Of a stretch of DNA of 24,000 nucleotides, positions 8,755 to 18,978 are shown piece by piece. The DNA lies in contig JAQUWL010000001.1 of the NCBI GenBank assembly GCA_028692875.1, forward strand, positions 126,191 through 150,190. The letters are read 5' to 3'. The DNA is from Sulfurospirillaceae bacterium. Lineage in GTDB: Bacteria > Campylobacterota > Campylobacteria > Campylobacterales > Sulfurospirillaceae. The translations under genes were made by a program, and so were the position numbers. Each line of letters begins with the position of its first letter. Positions within the stretch are counted from its first letter, which is position 1. Under the pieces are notes generated by a model, which saw nothing but the letters and a program-made list of their open reading frames with translations, was not told the DNA's origin and searched no databases.

Positions 8755-9639
8755 TTGAAGATAAGAATACCAGCCACCAGTGCCAATCTAGGACCTGGAT
8801 TTGACTGTTTAGGATTGGCAATAGCCCTTTACAATAATGTTCAAATTAAGCCCTCAGGCTACTACAGCGTTTCTATTAGAGGCGAGGGCGAAGAGAATAT
8901 AAAACTGAAAAAAAACAATATTTTTGTATCTATTTTTTATGAGGTTTATCAAGAGCTTAGAGGTAAAAAAGAGCCTTTTAGATTTGAGTTTGAAAATAAA
9001 ATTCCTTTTTCAAGAGGTATGGGCAGTAGCTCAGCAGTTATAGTAGGAGCTATAGCTAGCGCATATGAGATGGCTGGACTCAAAGTCGATAAAGACGCTG
9101 TCCTAAACAGAGCCTTAGTATACGAATCGCATCCTGACAATATTGCACCAGCAGTATATGGTGGATTTACAGCCTCTTTAGTGGAGGACAAAAAAGTAAA
9201 AACAATACGAAAGCCTTTGAGTAGTGAGATTAAAGCAGTTATGGTTATTCCTGATCGCTCCATGTCAACTGCACACTCTAGAATGCAACTACCTAAGGTG
9301 TATTCTATGAAAAATGTGGTCTACAATCTATCAAGAGCCTCCGTGCTAAGTGCAGCGTTTATGAGTGAAAATTGGGATATGTTAAGAGATGCTTCTAGGG
9401 ATTGTATGCACGAATATAGAAGGATGAAGCAGATGAGAGAGTTGTTTAAGGTTAGGGATGTGGCACTAGATTGTGGTGCTTTAATGAGCACCCTTTCTGG
9501 TAGTGGTTCTTCGTTTTTCAATCTAGCAAAAGAAGAGGATGCTCAAAGGTTGGTCGTGGCACTTAAAAGCGAATTTGAAATGTTTAGAGTCGAGGAATTC
9601 GATTTTGACAATAACGGCTTTGAGATAACTCAAAGCTGA
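8755..9639 (+). CDS. thrB: Homoserine kinase ThrB
   Basis: 294 aa with PATSANLGPGFDCLGLA, the GHMP kinase motif IPFSRGMGSSSA, HPDNIAPA and GSGSS. AGGAGA RBS, TTG start. Confidence 0.92.
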   Translation: MKIRIPATSANLGPGFDCLGLAIALYNNVQIKPSGYYSVSIRGEGEENIKLKKNNIFVSIFYEVYQELRGKKEPFRFEFENKIPFSRGMGSSSAVIVGAIASAYEMAGLKVDKDAVLNRALVYESHPDNIAPAVYGGFTASLVEDKKVKTIRKPLSSEIKAVMVIPDRSMSTAHSRMQLPKVYSMKNVVYNLSRASVLSAAFMSENWDMLRDASRDCMHEYRRMKQMRELFKVRDVALDCGALMSTLSGSGSSFFNLAKEEDAQRLVVALKSEFEMFRVEEFDFDNNGFEITQS

Positions 9640-9665
9640 AAAACAGATAAGTTTCGATATAATCA

Positions 9666-9926
9666 ATGGCTAAAATTAATAAGCCCATGCGAATGTGTAT
9701 TGTTTGCAAGCAAAGAGGTGCTCAAGATACTCTTTTAAGATTGCAAGCACAAGAGGGAGAACTGGTTGGATTTACTAAAATCGGTAGAAGTTTTTATCTT
9801 TGCGCAGATTGCATAGATAAAAATGATAAGCGGCTTATAAAAATATTAAATAATAAATGCAAAAAAAATCACAAAAGCATTGCAGAGTTTGGGATAATTT
9901 TGAAGGAGATTGGTACGAATGGATAA
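9666..9926 (+). CDS. ylxR: YlxR/RnpM family (DUF448) RNA-binding protein
   Basis: 86 aa with RMCIVCKQR ... LLRL ... GRSFYLC. Positioned immediately upstream of, and overlapping, infB. Confidence 0.8.
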   Translation: MAKINKPMRMCIVCKQRGAQDTLLRLQAQEGELVGFTKIGRSFYLCADCIDKNDKRLIKILNNKCKKNHKSIAEFGIILKEIGTNG

Positions 9927-12522
9927 GGTGCGTATTCACGAAATAGCAAAAGAGCTAGGCATCAAAAGCAAAGATGTGGCAGAAAAGGCAGTAGAGATAG
10001 GATTAGATGTGAAGGCCTCTTCCGCAATCAGTCCTGAAGAGGCTGAAGCATTGATGAACTACGTGCTTACAGGCGAATATGTGGGAAATTCAAAACCGAC
10101 ACCAGAAGTAAAGTCTCCCAAAGAGGAAGAGAAAAAGGCTCAAGAAAAGCCCAAAGAAAAACCAAAAACCGAGTCAAAGCCTGTTGCCAAAGAGATAAAA
10201 ACTAAAACAATTGAGCCAAAAAAAGTAGTACAAGAGCAGGTAGTTGAAGAAGAAGCTCAAGAGCAATCTCTAGATATATCTGAGGCTACCAATGTGCGAA
10301 AACGAAGAGGATTGGTAATTGTTAAGAAAAAGAAACCAGAAGTTGAAGCAAAAGAGGCAGAGCAGTATAGCCCAGCACCTTCTTCTTACGGCTCTTATTC
10401 GGCTAGCTTAAATAAGCCTAGAACCATGGAGTCAGTTTTTAATACAACACAGCAAGAGATGGCCAAGAAGAAAAAGAAGATAAAAAAAGCACCTGCAGAG
10501 AGAAAAACTACAAATGTTGAGAAAATTGATATCTCTTTTGATGTGGATATGCGAGATGTAGAGATTGATCTAGAGGAAAATGTAGTTGTTTTGCCGGACT
10601 TTAGTACTTATGTGGATAAAAACGAAGAGGCTAAAAAGAAAAAAGTAATCGACCCTACGCAGATACGAACTACAAAAAAAACCAACTTTGTTATGCAAGG
10701 CATTCAAAGACAAACCAAAAAAAGACGCAGAAGACCAACCCTAACTCAAGACTCTGCTGCGGTGGATGCGATTGAGATACCAGAAGATATTCGTGTGTAC
10801 GAGTTTGCCGAAAAGATAAATAAACAACCTAGCGATGTAATCAGAGAGCTTTTTAACCTTGGTGTTATGTGTACTAAAAATGACTTTTTGGATAAAGATT
10901 CTATAGAGATTTTGGCGGAAGCATTTGAAGTTAGCGTAGTTACAGTAAACAATCAAGAAGCGTTTGACTATGTTAAAGTTTATGAAGAAAATCAAGACAA
11001 TAGTGATGATATCGAAAGAGCCCCAGTTGTAACCATTATGGGACATGTAGACCATGGTAAAACATCACTTTTGGACTATATAAGAAGTGCTAAAGTAGCT
11101 GCTGGCGAGGCTGGTGGTATTACGCAACATGTTGGTGCTTATATGGTTGAGAAAAATGGAAGAAAAATTACTTTCATCGATACTCCTGGTCACGAAGCCT
11201 TTACCGAGATGCGTTCTCGTGGTGCAAAGGTAACAGATATTGTTATCGTTGTGGTTGCGGCAGATGATGGTGTAAAACCTCAAACAAAAGAGGCAGTTGA
11301 GCATGCAAAATCAGCAGGTGTTCCTATAATCATTGCAGTTAATAAAATGGACAAAGAAGCGGCCAATCCAGACTTAGTAAAAGCACAACTTGCCGAGATG
11401 GGCATAAACCCTGTTGAGTGGGGTGGAGAGTATGAGTTTGTGCCAGTTTCTGCGAAAACAGGAATGGGAATCGAAGACCTTTTAGAGGTAATATTGATAC
11501 AAGCAGATATGCTAGAGCTTAAAGCCAATCCGAAAAAAGATGTTAAAGGTACCGTTATAGAGAGCTCACTTGAAAAAGGAAGAGGTCCTGTGGCGACTAT
11601 CGTAGTGCAAGATGGCACGATAAGAGTTGGAGATATTGTAGTTGCTGGAGTGGCATTTGGAAAAGTAAAAGCTCTTTTGAGTGATACCGGCAAAGTTGTT
11701 AAAGAGGCTATTCCTGGAGAGCCTGTTGTTGTTTTGGGATTGAGTGAGGTTCCATCTGCTGGCGAAACACTTATAAGTGTCAAGAGTGACAAGATAGCAC
11801 GAGAGTTTGCTAAGAAAAAAGCAGAATATTTGCGTCAAAAAGAGCTTTCGAAAACTACCAAAGTTAGCCTTGATGATCTTGGCGATATGATAGCCGAAGG
11901 TGCGTTAAAAACATTACCAGTTATCGTAAAAGCCGATGTTCAAGGAAGTTTGGAGGCAATCAAGGGAAGTTTAGAGAAAATCAGAAATGCTGAAACAAAA
12001 GTGAACATTATAAGCTCAGGTGTTGGTGGCATTACCGAGAGCGACGTGGCAATGGCGAGTGCAAGTTCAAACTGTATTATCTTGGGTTTCCATGTACGAC
12101 CAACTGGTATTGTCAAAGAAAAGGCAAAAACACTCGGCGTGGATATACGAACTTACAATATTATTTATGATTTGATTGATGACATAACAGGCGTAGTTAC
12201 TGGTATGATGGCTCCAGTTATGCGTGAAGAAAATATCGGTCAAGCACAAGTTCGTGAAGTATTTTCTGTGCCAAAACTCGGATTTATCGCTGGATGTATC
12301 GTAACAGATGGCACTATCAACCGTGGTGTAAAAATAAGAGTTATTCGTGATGGTGTTATCGTTCACGAGGGTTCTGTCTCTTCGTTGAAGCGTTTTAAAG
12401 ATGATGTTAGAGAAGTTACCAAAGGTTACGAGTGTGGTGTTGGAATTGAAGGCTTTAGCGGTATGAAGGTTGGCGATTATATTGAAAGCTTTAAAGAGGT
12501 TGAAGAAAAAGCAAAACTATGA
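9919..12522 (+). CDS. infB: Translation initiation factor IF-2
   Basis: N-terminus [14 protein letters not shown], a Lys/Glu-rich linker, then the GTPase domain ([27 protein letters not shown]) and conserved C-terminal domains. I prefer the ATG at 9919 (GAAGGAGA RBS at 9902-9909) over the track's TTG at 9910. Confidence 0.95.
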   Translation: MDKVRIHEIAKELGIKSKDVAEKAVEIGLDVKASSAISPEEAEALMNYVLTGEYVGNSKPTPEVKSPKEEEKKAQEKPKEKPKTESKPVAKEIKTKTIEPKKVVQEQVVEEEAQEQSLDISEATNVRKRRGLVIVKKKKPEVEAKEAEQYSPAPSSYGSYSASLNKPRTMESVFNTTQQEMAKKKKKIKKAPAERKTTNVEKIDISFDVDMRDVEIDLEENVVVLPDFSTYVDKNEEAKKKKVIDPTQIRTTKKTNFVMQGIQRQTKKRRRRPTLTQDSAAVDAIEIPEDIRVYEFAEKINKQPSDVIRELFNLGVMCTKNDFLDKDSIEILAEAFEVSVVTVNNQEAFDYVKVYEENQDNSDDIERAPVVTIMGHVDHGKTSLLDYIRSAKVAAGEAGGITQHVGAYMVEKNGRKITFIDTPGHEAFTEMRSRGAKVTDIVIVVVAADDGVKPQTKEAVEHAKSAGVPIIIAVNKMDKEAANPDLVKAQLAEMGINPVEWGGEYEFVPVSAKTGMGIEDLLEVILIQADMLELKANPKKDVKGTVIESSLEKGRGPVATIVVQDGTIRVGDIVVAGVAFGKVKALLSDTGKVVKEAIPGEPVVVLGLSEVPSAGETLISVKSDKIAREFAKKKAEYLRQKELSKTTKVSLDDLGDMIAEGALKTLPVIVKADVQGSLEAIKGSLEKIRNAETKVNIISSGVGGITESDVAMASASSNCIILGFHVRPTGIVKEKAKTLGVDIRTYNIIYDLIDDITGVVTGMMAPVMREENIGQAQVREVFSVPKLGFIAGCIVTDGTINRGVKIRVIRDGVIVHEGSVSSLKRFKDDVREVTKGYECGVGIEGFSGMKVGDYIESFKEVEEKAKL

Positions 12523-12896
12523 TGGACAAAAGCATAAAGATTCAACGTACTGAGAGTGTTTTAAGAGAGTTGATTCCTGAGGCGCTTGCAACGCTTGATG
12601 ATGAGATGCTACGTGGTGTTTGCGTGGTTGAGGTGGAGTGCAGTAGAGGCAAGTATGATGCTACTGTTTATGTAGACCCTATGATGTATGATGCCAAAGA
12701 GAGAGCGTATATTTTAAATCATCTTGACAAAGTAAAAAGAGTCATTCAAAATCACTGTATGCAAGCTGAGGGGTGGTTTCGTTGTCCAAATTTTAAATTT
12801 AAATTTGATGACACTCTTGAGAAGCAAAACAAGATGGATGCACTTTTTGCAAAAGTAGAAGAAGAGTTAAAAAAAGGCAAAAAAAGCGATGATTAG
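12519..12896 (+). CDS. rbfA: Ribosome-binding factor A
   Basis: 125 aa. Position directly after infB (ATGA overlap) and an RbfA-like N-terminus ([14 protein letters not shown]). Confidence 0.8.
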   Translation: MMDKSIKIQRTESVLRELIPEALATLDDEMLRGVCVVEVECSRGKYDATVYVDPMMYDAKERAYILNHLDKVKRVIQNHCMQAEGWFRCPNFKFKFDDTLEKQNKMDALFAKVEEELKKGKKSDD

Positions 12897-13320
12897 CGAA
12901 GAAAACTTATCAAAATTGATTGAGCAGTGCCATGTGTCGCTGTATGATTATGAAGTAACGAGTGAGTTTGAAAAAAGAATTTTTCGTATCTATATAACTT
13001 CTAAAAAAGGCGTTACGCTAGATGATTGTGCACATGTAAGTAGAATTTTATCTCCTATTTTTGATGTTGAGCCTCCTTTGGATGGCGAATATACACTTGA
13101 AATAAGCTCTCCAGGGGTTGAGAGAAAACTCTTAAAGCCAGAGCACTTCAAAGCATCTTTGGGGGAAAAAGTAAAAATTAAACTTACCAATAAAGAAAAA
13201 ATAATCGCCATTTTGGAGTCGTATGAAAACAGTGCTATTGTCTTGGTTTTGGATAATGGCGAGAAGATGCGTATAAATTTAAGCGATATTGAAAAAGCAA
13301 GAACTTACTTTGAATGGTAG
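12889..13320 (+). CDS. rimP: Ribosome maturation factor RimP
   Basis: 143 aa with RIYI...GVTLDDCAHVSR and the LEISSPGVERKL motif. Overlaps rbfA. Confidence 0.85.
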   Translation: MISEENLSKLIEQCHVSLYDYEVTSEFEKRIFRIYITSKKGVTLDDCAHVSRILSPIFDVEPPLDGEYTLEISSPGVERKLLKPEHFKASLGEKVKIKLTNKEKIIAILESYENSAIVLVLDNGEKMRINLSDIEKARTYFEW

Positions 13321-14324
13321 AGCAAAACGACCATAACTTGATGCGAGTCGCCTTGAATGTCGCATGGGCATATCAAGGATTGACTTTTCCAAATCCAGCC
13401 GTTGGTGCAGTTGTTAGCGATGAAGATGGGAAAATCCTTGGAATCGGAGCACATCGGCGTTCTGGTTTGCCTCACGCAGAGGTTGAAGCCCTAAAAGAGG
13501 CTTACAAATCTCTTTCAAATGACCATCTTATCGACTCTATCGAGGATTCTTCGCAACTTCATAATTTTTTAAAGACAAACCACCAAAATCTTTTTCACAA
13601 TCTCATCTTACATGTAACACTAGAGCCTTGCAATCACTACGGAAAAACACCGCCTTGTTCCCAGTTGATTTATGATTTGGGATTTAAAAAAGTGGTTATC
13701 GGCTCTTTGGATAGAACAAAAGAGGCTAGAGGTGGCGGAGATTTTTTAAAAAGCAAAGGTGTTGAGGTTGTTTATGGCTGTCTTGAAAAAGAGTGCGATA
13801 TGCTTTTGGAGCCTTTTATGGCTTGGCAAAAAGAGGAGCCTTTTGTATTTTTTAAAATCGCCTTGAGTGCAAATGGTGTTGCAAAAGGTGGAATTATCAG
13901 TTGTGAAGCATCAAGAAAAAGAGTTCATCAATTACGCGATAAGTGCGATTTGCTCGTTATTGGTGGCAATACCGTGCGAACCGATAGACCGATTTTAGAT
14001 GCGAGATTGTGCGATGGAAAAGCACCCGATATTTTGATTTACTCGCACCATAAAAATTTTGATAAAACAATTCCTCTTTTTGGTGTAGAGAATCGAAAAG
14101 TATTTATTGAAAACTCTTTGGATAAAATAAAAAACTACAAAATGGTTATGGTTGAAGGTGGGCAAAATATGCTAGATGTGCTTGAAAAACAACTTCGATG
14201 GTTTTTAATATTTCGCTCTTTTGAAAACAAAGAGGGAGAAAAGATTGTCTTGCCACCAGTGCAAGAGATTTTTTCTTGCCAAATTGAAACGGATAAGATG
14301 AGTTGGTTTTATCGCAATGAGTGA
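13314..14324 (+). CDS. ribD: Bifunctional riboflavin biosynthesis protein RibD (pyrimidine deaminase / uracil reductase)
   Basis: 336 aa. CMP/dCMP deaminase zinc motifs (HAEVEAL, EPCNHYGKTPPC) followed by a RibD_C-type reductase region (GGNTVRTDRP). Confidence 0.88.
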   Translation: MVEQNDHNLMRVALNVAWAYQGLTFPNPAVGAVVSDEDGKILGIGAHRRSGLPHAEVEALKEAYKSLSNDHLIDSIEDSSQLHNFLKTNHQNLFHNLILHVTLEPCNHYGKTPPCSQLIYDLGFKKVVIGSLDRTKEARGGGDFLKSKGVEVVYGCLEKECDMLLEPFMAWQKEEPFVFFKIALSANGVAKGGIISCEASRKRVHQLRDKCDLLVIGGNTVRTDRPILDARLCDGKAPDILIYSHHKNFDKTIPLFGVENRKVFIENSLDKIKNYKMVMVEGGQNMLDVLEKQLRWFLIFRSFENKEGEKIVLPPVQEIFSCQIETDKMSWFYRNE

Positions 14325-15057
14325 ATTTTTTATTGCAGAAGCTTTAATCGTTCTTTTTTCTGGCATAATCCATGGAGTTCTCGGATTTGGCTTCCCGATG
14401 ATAGCTACTCCACTTCTAGCTACTTTTATGGACTTGAAAAAAGCGGTACTTTATACACTGTTGCCAACTATTGTTGTTAATGGCTCAAGTATCAAAAGAG
14501 ACAACTCTGTTTTTGGCATTTTTAAAGAGTATAAACTGTTGATATTCTCTGTTTTATGCGGAAGTATTGCCGGTGCTACAGTTCTCGTCTTTTTTTATAC
14601 AGATTATTACAAGTTGCTTTTGGCGTTGGTTATACTTTTGTATCTCAATAGACAAAAGCTTAATATCTCTTTGACCCTACAGGTAGAGCGAAACAGGCAA
14701 ATAACAACTTGCGTAATGGGTTTTTTAAGTGGCTTGGTGGGCGGTATAGCTAATATTATGATACCGGTTCTTATCATTTTGGTTTTAGAATTTAAGCTAG
14801 AGAAGAAAAAATCCATAGGCGTTATGAATTTTTGTTTTCTCTCAAATAAGTTTGTTCAGGCTTTAATGTTTGGCATCAATGGCAGTTTTAATGCTCAAAA
14901 TATTGTTTTTATCCTCCCGCTTATCTTGTTGGCGCTTTTTGGATTTGTACTAGGAAGCAAAATGCAAGACAAGATAGATGAAACGTTGTATAAAAAAATC
15001 CTACATGTGGCTTTGTGGATTTTGTCTTTTTATCTTATTTTTTCAACGCTAATATAA
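14317..15057 (+). CDS. TauE/SafE (DUF81) family anion exporter
   Basis: 246 aa, about 7-8 TM segments, with the two-repeat architecture and GxGxG-type motifs (HGVLGFGFPMIATPLL; GLVGGIANIMIP). Confidence 0.7.
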   Translation: MSEFFIAEALIVLFSGIIHGVLGFGFPMIATPLLATFMDLKKAVLYTLLPTIVVNGSSIKRDNSVFGIFKEYKLLIFSVLCGSIAGATVLVFFYTDYYKLLLALVILLYLNRQKLNISLTLQVERNRQITTCVMGFLSGLVGGIANIMIPVLIILVLEFKLEKKKSIGVMNFCFLSNKFVQALMFGINGSFNAQNIVFILPLILLALFGFVLGSKMQDKIDETLYKKILHVALWILSFYLIFSTLI

Positions 15058-15069
15058 AGAAGGAAAACC

Positions 15070-16284
15070 ATGAAAAAATTTACAATCACTCCGCCAACAC
15101 CTCCTTTAAAAGAGGGCACAAAGGGGTATTTTCTCTCTCAAGTCCATCAACCTTTTTTTGTGTTCGGCATTGTTTGGGCGGTCGTATCTATGGTTGTTTT
15201 TGGAGTAGCGTATAAGGGCGTTTTGCCTCTACATGTGAGCCCTTCACATTTTCACACGTATAGCTTGATTTTTATCGTTTTTAGCCACTTTTTCCATGGC
15301 TTTTTGCTTACAGTTTTTTCAAAATTTTGTGCTGGCGAAGCGGTTAAAAAAGAGTTCTATATACCCATTTTTTACATGTATCAAGTAGGCTCTTTTTTTG
15401 TTACATGTGGCGTGATTTTTTCTATATATCTTTTTTTGGCTGGTGTTGTTATTTTACTTTTTGCCCAAACAAGGGTTGTGTATAAACTTTTTGAGATGCA
15501 CAGATACGGCAAAGCAACACTTAAGAAAGACCCATTTTGGATACTTATCGCCCACTCTTTTGGACTATCTTCTCACGCTTTATTTGTGTATGGTTTTTTA
15601 ATGGATGCAAATCAGCAAAATGTTGCATGGTATGAGGTTGCGTGGAGCAATGCTTTTTGGATGTATAGCATTTTTTTGGCATTTGTTGTGGCTCAAAGGA
15701 TGATACCTTTTTTCTCACACTCTTTAGCAGAAAAAAATAGTACTTTTCTTCCATTGGTTTTTGTTTTGTTTGCATTTAAGACGGTGGCGATTTCGCTTGA
15801 TATCTCTTTTTTAAAGATGGCAATAGATGTCATTTTGGCGATATTTTTATTAAAGGAGATACTACGCTGGAAGCTTTCGCCATTTAGCTCTCCTGCTATT
15901 TTATGGGTATTGCACATTGCTTTATTTTGGCTACCAATAGGTTTGCTTATAGGCTCATTTGAATCTTACATGCAGAGAAGCTTTTTGTATTTTGGCGAAC
16001 ATCTTGTTGCGCTTGGATTTTTAACAACTGTTTTGGTAGGTTTTGGAACTCGGGTTGCGCTGGGTCATTCAAAACAAGCTCCACATGCCGACAGATACGC
16101 TGTTTTTCTGTTTGTTTTAACACAAGTTGTTTTGCTAAGTCGCGCTATGTATTCGATGGCAATCGGGTATGATTTGAAAATGCTTTGGCTGTTCGATGCA
16201 TCTATGACTTTTTGGGTTTTGTTGTTTGTTTTGTGGGCACTTAGATATGCTCCTGTTTTGATAAATGGTAAAAAAATATCCTAA
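15070..16284 (+). CDS. nnrS: NnrS family membrane protein
   Basis: 404 aa, about 12 TM segments. N-terminal HQPFFVFG and the FHGFLLT block resemble the NnrS PFRxFFL and GFLLTA motifs. Confidence 0.6.
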   Translation: MKKFTITPPTPPLKEGTKGYFLSQVHQPFFVFGIVWAVVSMVVFGVAYKGVLPLHVSPSHFHTYSLIFIVFSHFFHGFLLTVFSKFCAGEAVKKEFYIPIFYMYQVGSFFVTCGVIFSIYLFLAGVVILLFAQTRVVYKLFEMHRYGKATLKKDPFWILIAHSFGLSSHALFVYGFLMDANQQNVAWYEVAWSNAFWMYSIFLAFVVAQRMIPFFSHSLAEKNSTFLPLVFVLFAFKTVAISLDISFLKMAIDVILAIFLLKEILRWKLSPFSSPAILWVLHIALFWLPIGLLIGSFESYMQRSFLYFGEHLVALGFLTTVLVGFGTRVALGHSKQAPHADRYAVFLFVLTQVVLLSRAMYSMAIGYDLKMLWLFDASMTFWVLLFVLWALRYAPVLINGKKIS

Positions 16285-16294
16285 GGAAAAACCG

Positions 16295-17275
16295 ATGAGT
16301 ACGCTTAAATTTGACGTTTCCATTACCAATGCAAGCAAGGGTTTTGCATTGATGTTGATACTCTGGCACCATCTTTTTTATGAGATGCCTCAATATGGTT
16401 TTATTGTTCATCAAAGCGCACTTTTGGCAAAAGTCTGTGTAGCGATTTATGTGGTGCTGAGTGGCTATGGACTTGCTGAGTCGGTTAAAAATAAGCCCTT
16501 GCAGTTATGGTCGTTTTACAAAAGACGAGTCGTGAAACTCTACTCAACGTATTGGTTTATCGCTCTAATTTTTGTGCCTATTGGCGTGTTTTTTATGGGA
16601 CGGACATTGCAGAGTGTTTTTGGTGAATATGCTCTTGCAAAATTTGGTGTTCAGATGCTCGGACTTCATATGTTTAGCGACGTTGGATATGGTTATAACG
16701 CAACGTGGTGGTTTATGAGTTTGATCGTTGCTTTGTATCTTATTTTTCCTCTGCTTAATCTATCTTTGAAGCACTTTCCGATAACAGTGTTAGTTTTGAG
16801 TGCTTGTATTTTGTTTACAGATTTGCCTGTGCTTAATGATTGGATATTTCCTTTTGCTGTGGGCATTTATCTTTCTCAGACAAACGGCTTTTCATATATC
16901 TTCGATAAACTACAAACGCTCGGTTTTTGGCGTTTTGTCGTGTTAGTGTTAGCGTTAATAGGCGTGGCGTATTATAGACAAAATGGCTATATATTCGATG
17001 GTATAAAGATAGATGCACTGTTTGCTGTGGTTGTTGTTTTGCTAACAACTGAAGCTGTTGTGTCATCGGCTTGGATAAGACGTGCCTTGGAATTTATAGG
17101 AGTTCACTCGTTCAATATCTTTTTATTTCACACTTTTATCTACTACTACTATTGGGGCGAGGCTATATATTATTTTAAAAATCCTGTTTTGATTTTTGCG
17201 GTACTTTTGGGTATTTGTTTGGTTGTATCTATAGCACTAGAGGCTGTAAAAAAACGTCTGCCGTTTTTCGGATAA
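16295..17275 (+). CDS. Acyltransferase family 3 (OafA/YrhL-like) membrane protein
   Basis: Polytopic membrane protein with N-terminal KGFALMLILWHH, typical of acyltransferase_3. Start moved to the ATG at 16295 (AAGGA RBS at 16283), avoiding overlap with nnrS. Confidence 0.6.
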   Translation: MSTLKFDVSITNASKGFALMLILWHHLFYEMPQYGFIVHQSALLAKVCVAIYVVLSGYGLAESVKNKPLQLWSFYKRRVVKLYSTYWFIALIFVPIGVFFMGRTLQSVFGEYALAKFGVQMLGLHMFSDVGYGYNATWWFMSLIVALYLIFPLLNLSLKHFPITVLVLSACILFTDLPVLNDWIFPFAVGIYLSQTNGFSYIFDKLQTLGFWRFVVLVLALIGVAYYRQNGYIFDGIKIDALFAVVVVLLTTEAVVSSAWIRRALEFIGVHSFNIFLFHTFIYYYYWGEAIYYFKNPVLIFAVLLGICLVVSIALEAVKKRLPFFG

Positions 17276-17282
17276 TATAAAA

Positions 17283-18953
17283 ATGGCTCTTAAAGAGGTA
17301 TATTTTTCTTACAAAGAGTATATGCGTCAACGCTATAAAGAGCCACTTTTTAGTGTTCCTGTGGATGTGGATTTTGGTTGCCCAAATCGAGCAGTTGATG
17401 GCAGCGGAGGGTGTACTTTCTGTCCTGAACATGGTGTGCGTTCGGCTCAAACAAAAGATGCCAAAAACATAGAAGAGCAGATACAAAAAGCTATCGCTTT
17501 TGCTAAAAAACGCTACAAAGCCAAATCATTTTCACTCTATCTTCAAGCTTACACTGGAACATTTGCCTCTGTTTTAAAGCAAAAAGAGGTCTATGAAAAA
17601 CTTTTATCTTTTTATCCTTTTAAGGCTTTACATGTAGGAACGAGACCAGATTGTTTAAGTGAGCAAACGCTGGATTTTTTGCAAGAACTCAATCAAAAAA
17701 TCGATGTCTATGTTGAGCTAGGCGTGCAAAGCATGAGTGATAAAACTCTTTTTGCCATCAATCGTGGGCACGATAAAGCGTGTTCGATTGACGCTATTGA
17801 GCGTTTACACGTAAAGGGTTTGAAAGTTTTTGCTCATATCATCGTGGGGTTGCCAGACGAGGAGCGAAAAGATTGGCTTTATAGCGTTGATGAGCTTGTT
17901 AAACTTGGCATCGATGGTATCAAGATACACAATCTTCACATCATTGAGCATACCCAACTTGCAAGTCAGTATACTCAAGAGCCATTTAAAACTTTTGACG
18001 AATATGAATACGCAGAAGAAATTATCGAAATCCTAAGGCGAATTCCCTCAAATATTTCTATTGTTCGCTTTTCGACCGATACTCCAAAACGTGAGCTTAT
18101 CGCTCCACTTTGGAAGATGCACAAAGGGCAATTTGGAGAATATATCGCTAAAACGATGCACTATCGAGGCATAAAACAAGGCGATGAAGTTGAGGTGGTT
18201 GAAACGAAGGAGTTGACACAACCAAAAACAGTACAACTTGAAGATGGAAGCGTGACGTTTTGGAGTGAAGATTATCGAGATTATTATCATCCAAAAGCTG
18301 GAGCTTATAGACAAGCAAGAGAGCTTTTTGTTGCAAGGTCTGGGTTAAAAGAGCGACTAGAAAATGGCGATGTGAGACTTTTGGATATCGGTTTTGGTAT
18401 GGGATATAACACGCTTGAAGCCCTGAAAATCTCACACCAAATCTCACAACACGCTATACATGTAAGTGCTATCGAGCAAAACAGAATGCTTTTAAAACAA
18501 AGTGTGAAAGTTGTTTTTGAGTCTTTACATGTAGAGATGCTGGAGAGTCTTTTTGCGACATCGGTTTTTGAAAATATCAACTTTCTCAACGTCGAAGCAC
18601 GTTATGGTGTGAGACTTTTGAACGTGCCGTTTGATGTTATCTTTTTGGACCCATTTTTGGAGAGCAATAACGCCTCGCTCGTAACTCTGGAGTTTTTTCA
18701 AGCTTTGCGAAAACTTTTAAAACCAGATGGCGTTTTGGTCGCCTCAACTTCCTTACATGTAAGCCAAATCGGACTAAGACAAGCTGGCTTTGATGTGAGC
18801 CTTGCCAACATCGAGGGAAGTGACATCAAAGGGATTGTTGCCAAAATAGCGACATCTAGCAGTTTTGAAGAGGGGATACCGTATCGTGACCCTAATGGAG
18901 TGTTGAGTGATAAGGAGATAGAAAGTCAACATCAAAAGAGAAGTTTGATATAA
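17283..18953 (+). CDS. Fusion protein: TIGR01212/YhcC-like radical SAM domain (N) + MnmC-type (DUF752/MnmD) SAM-dependent tRNA methyltransferase domain (C)
   Basis: N-terminal domain: CPNRAVDGSGGCTFCPEHG Fe-S/SAM cluster motif, ELGVQS, GLPDE and the VRFSTDTP tail. C-terminal domain from about nt 18228: TVQLEDGSVTFWSEDYRDYYHPKAGAYRQARELFV..SGL, LLDIGFGMGYN, DVIFLDPF...LVTLEFFQALRKLLKPDGVLVASTS. One uninterrupted 556-codon frame. Confidence 0.8.
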   Translation: MALKEVYFSYKEYMRQRYKEPLFSVPVDVDFGCPNRAVDGSGGCTFCPEHGVRSAQTKDAKNIEEQIQKAIAFAKKRYKAKSFSLYLQAYTGTFASVLKQKEVYEKLLSFYPFKALHVGTRPDCLSEQTLDFLQELNQKIDVYVELGVQSMSDKTLFAINRGHDKACSIDAIERLHVKGLKVFAHIIVGLPDEERKDWLYSVDELVKLGIDGIKIHNLHIIEHTQLASQYTQEPFKTFDEYEYAEEIIEILRRIPSNISIVRFSTDTPKRELIAPLWKMHKGQFGEYIAKTMHYRGIKQGDEVEVVETKELTQPKTVQLEDGSVTFWSEDYRDYYHPKAGAYRQARELFVARSGLKERLENGDVRLLDIGFGMGYNTLEALKISHQISQHAIHVSAIEQNRMLLKQSVKVVFESLHVEMLESLFATSVFENINFLNVEARYGVRLLNVPFDVIFLDPFLESNNASLVTLEFFQALRKLLKPDGVLVASTSLHVSQIGLRQAGFDVSLANIEGSDIKGIVAKIATSSSFEEGIPYRDPNGVLSDKEIESQHQKRSLI

Positions 18954-18978
18954 TTATATTAAGATTTGGGAGGCATTG

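Noticed and set aside
9910-9918. TTG at 9910 as the infB start (ORF-track start)
   Set aside because: The GAAGGAGA RBS (9902-9909) would abut or overlap that codon. The ATG at 9919 gives proper spacing and the conserved [15 protein letters not shown]-terminus.
11280-11792. 170-aa minus-strand ORF, and many similar antisense ORFs in the track (e.g. 2916-3311, 8949-9263, 10741-11055, 12067-12366, 18148-18447, 21792-22082, 22203-22816, 23212-23487)
   Set aside because: All lie entirely inside strongly supported genes on the opposite strand. Their products are low-complexity or unrecognisable, so they are shadow ORFs.
15015-15215. 66-aa ORF spanning the TauE/NnrS junction
   Set aside because: It overlaps both neighbouring genes out of frame. 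nnrS has its own RBS (AAGGAAAA) and an ATG at 15070.
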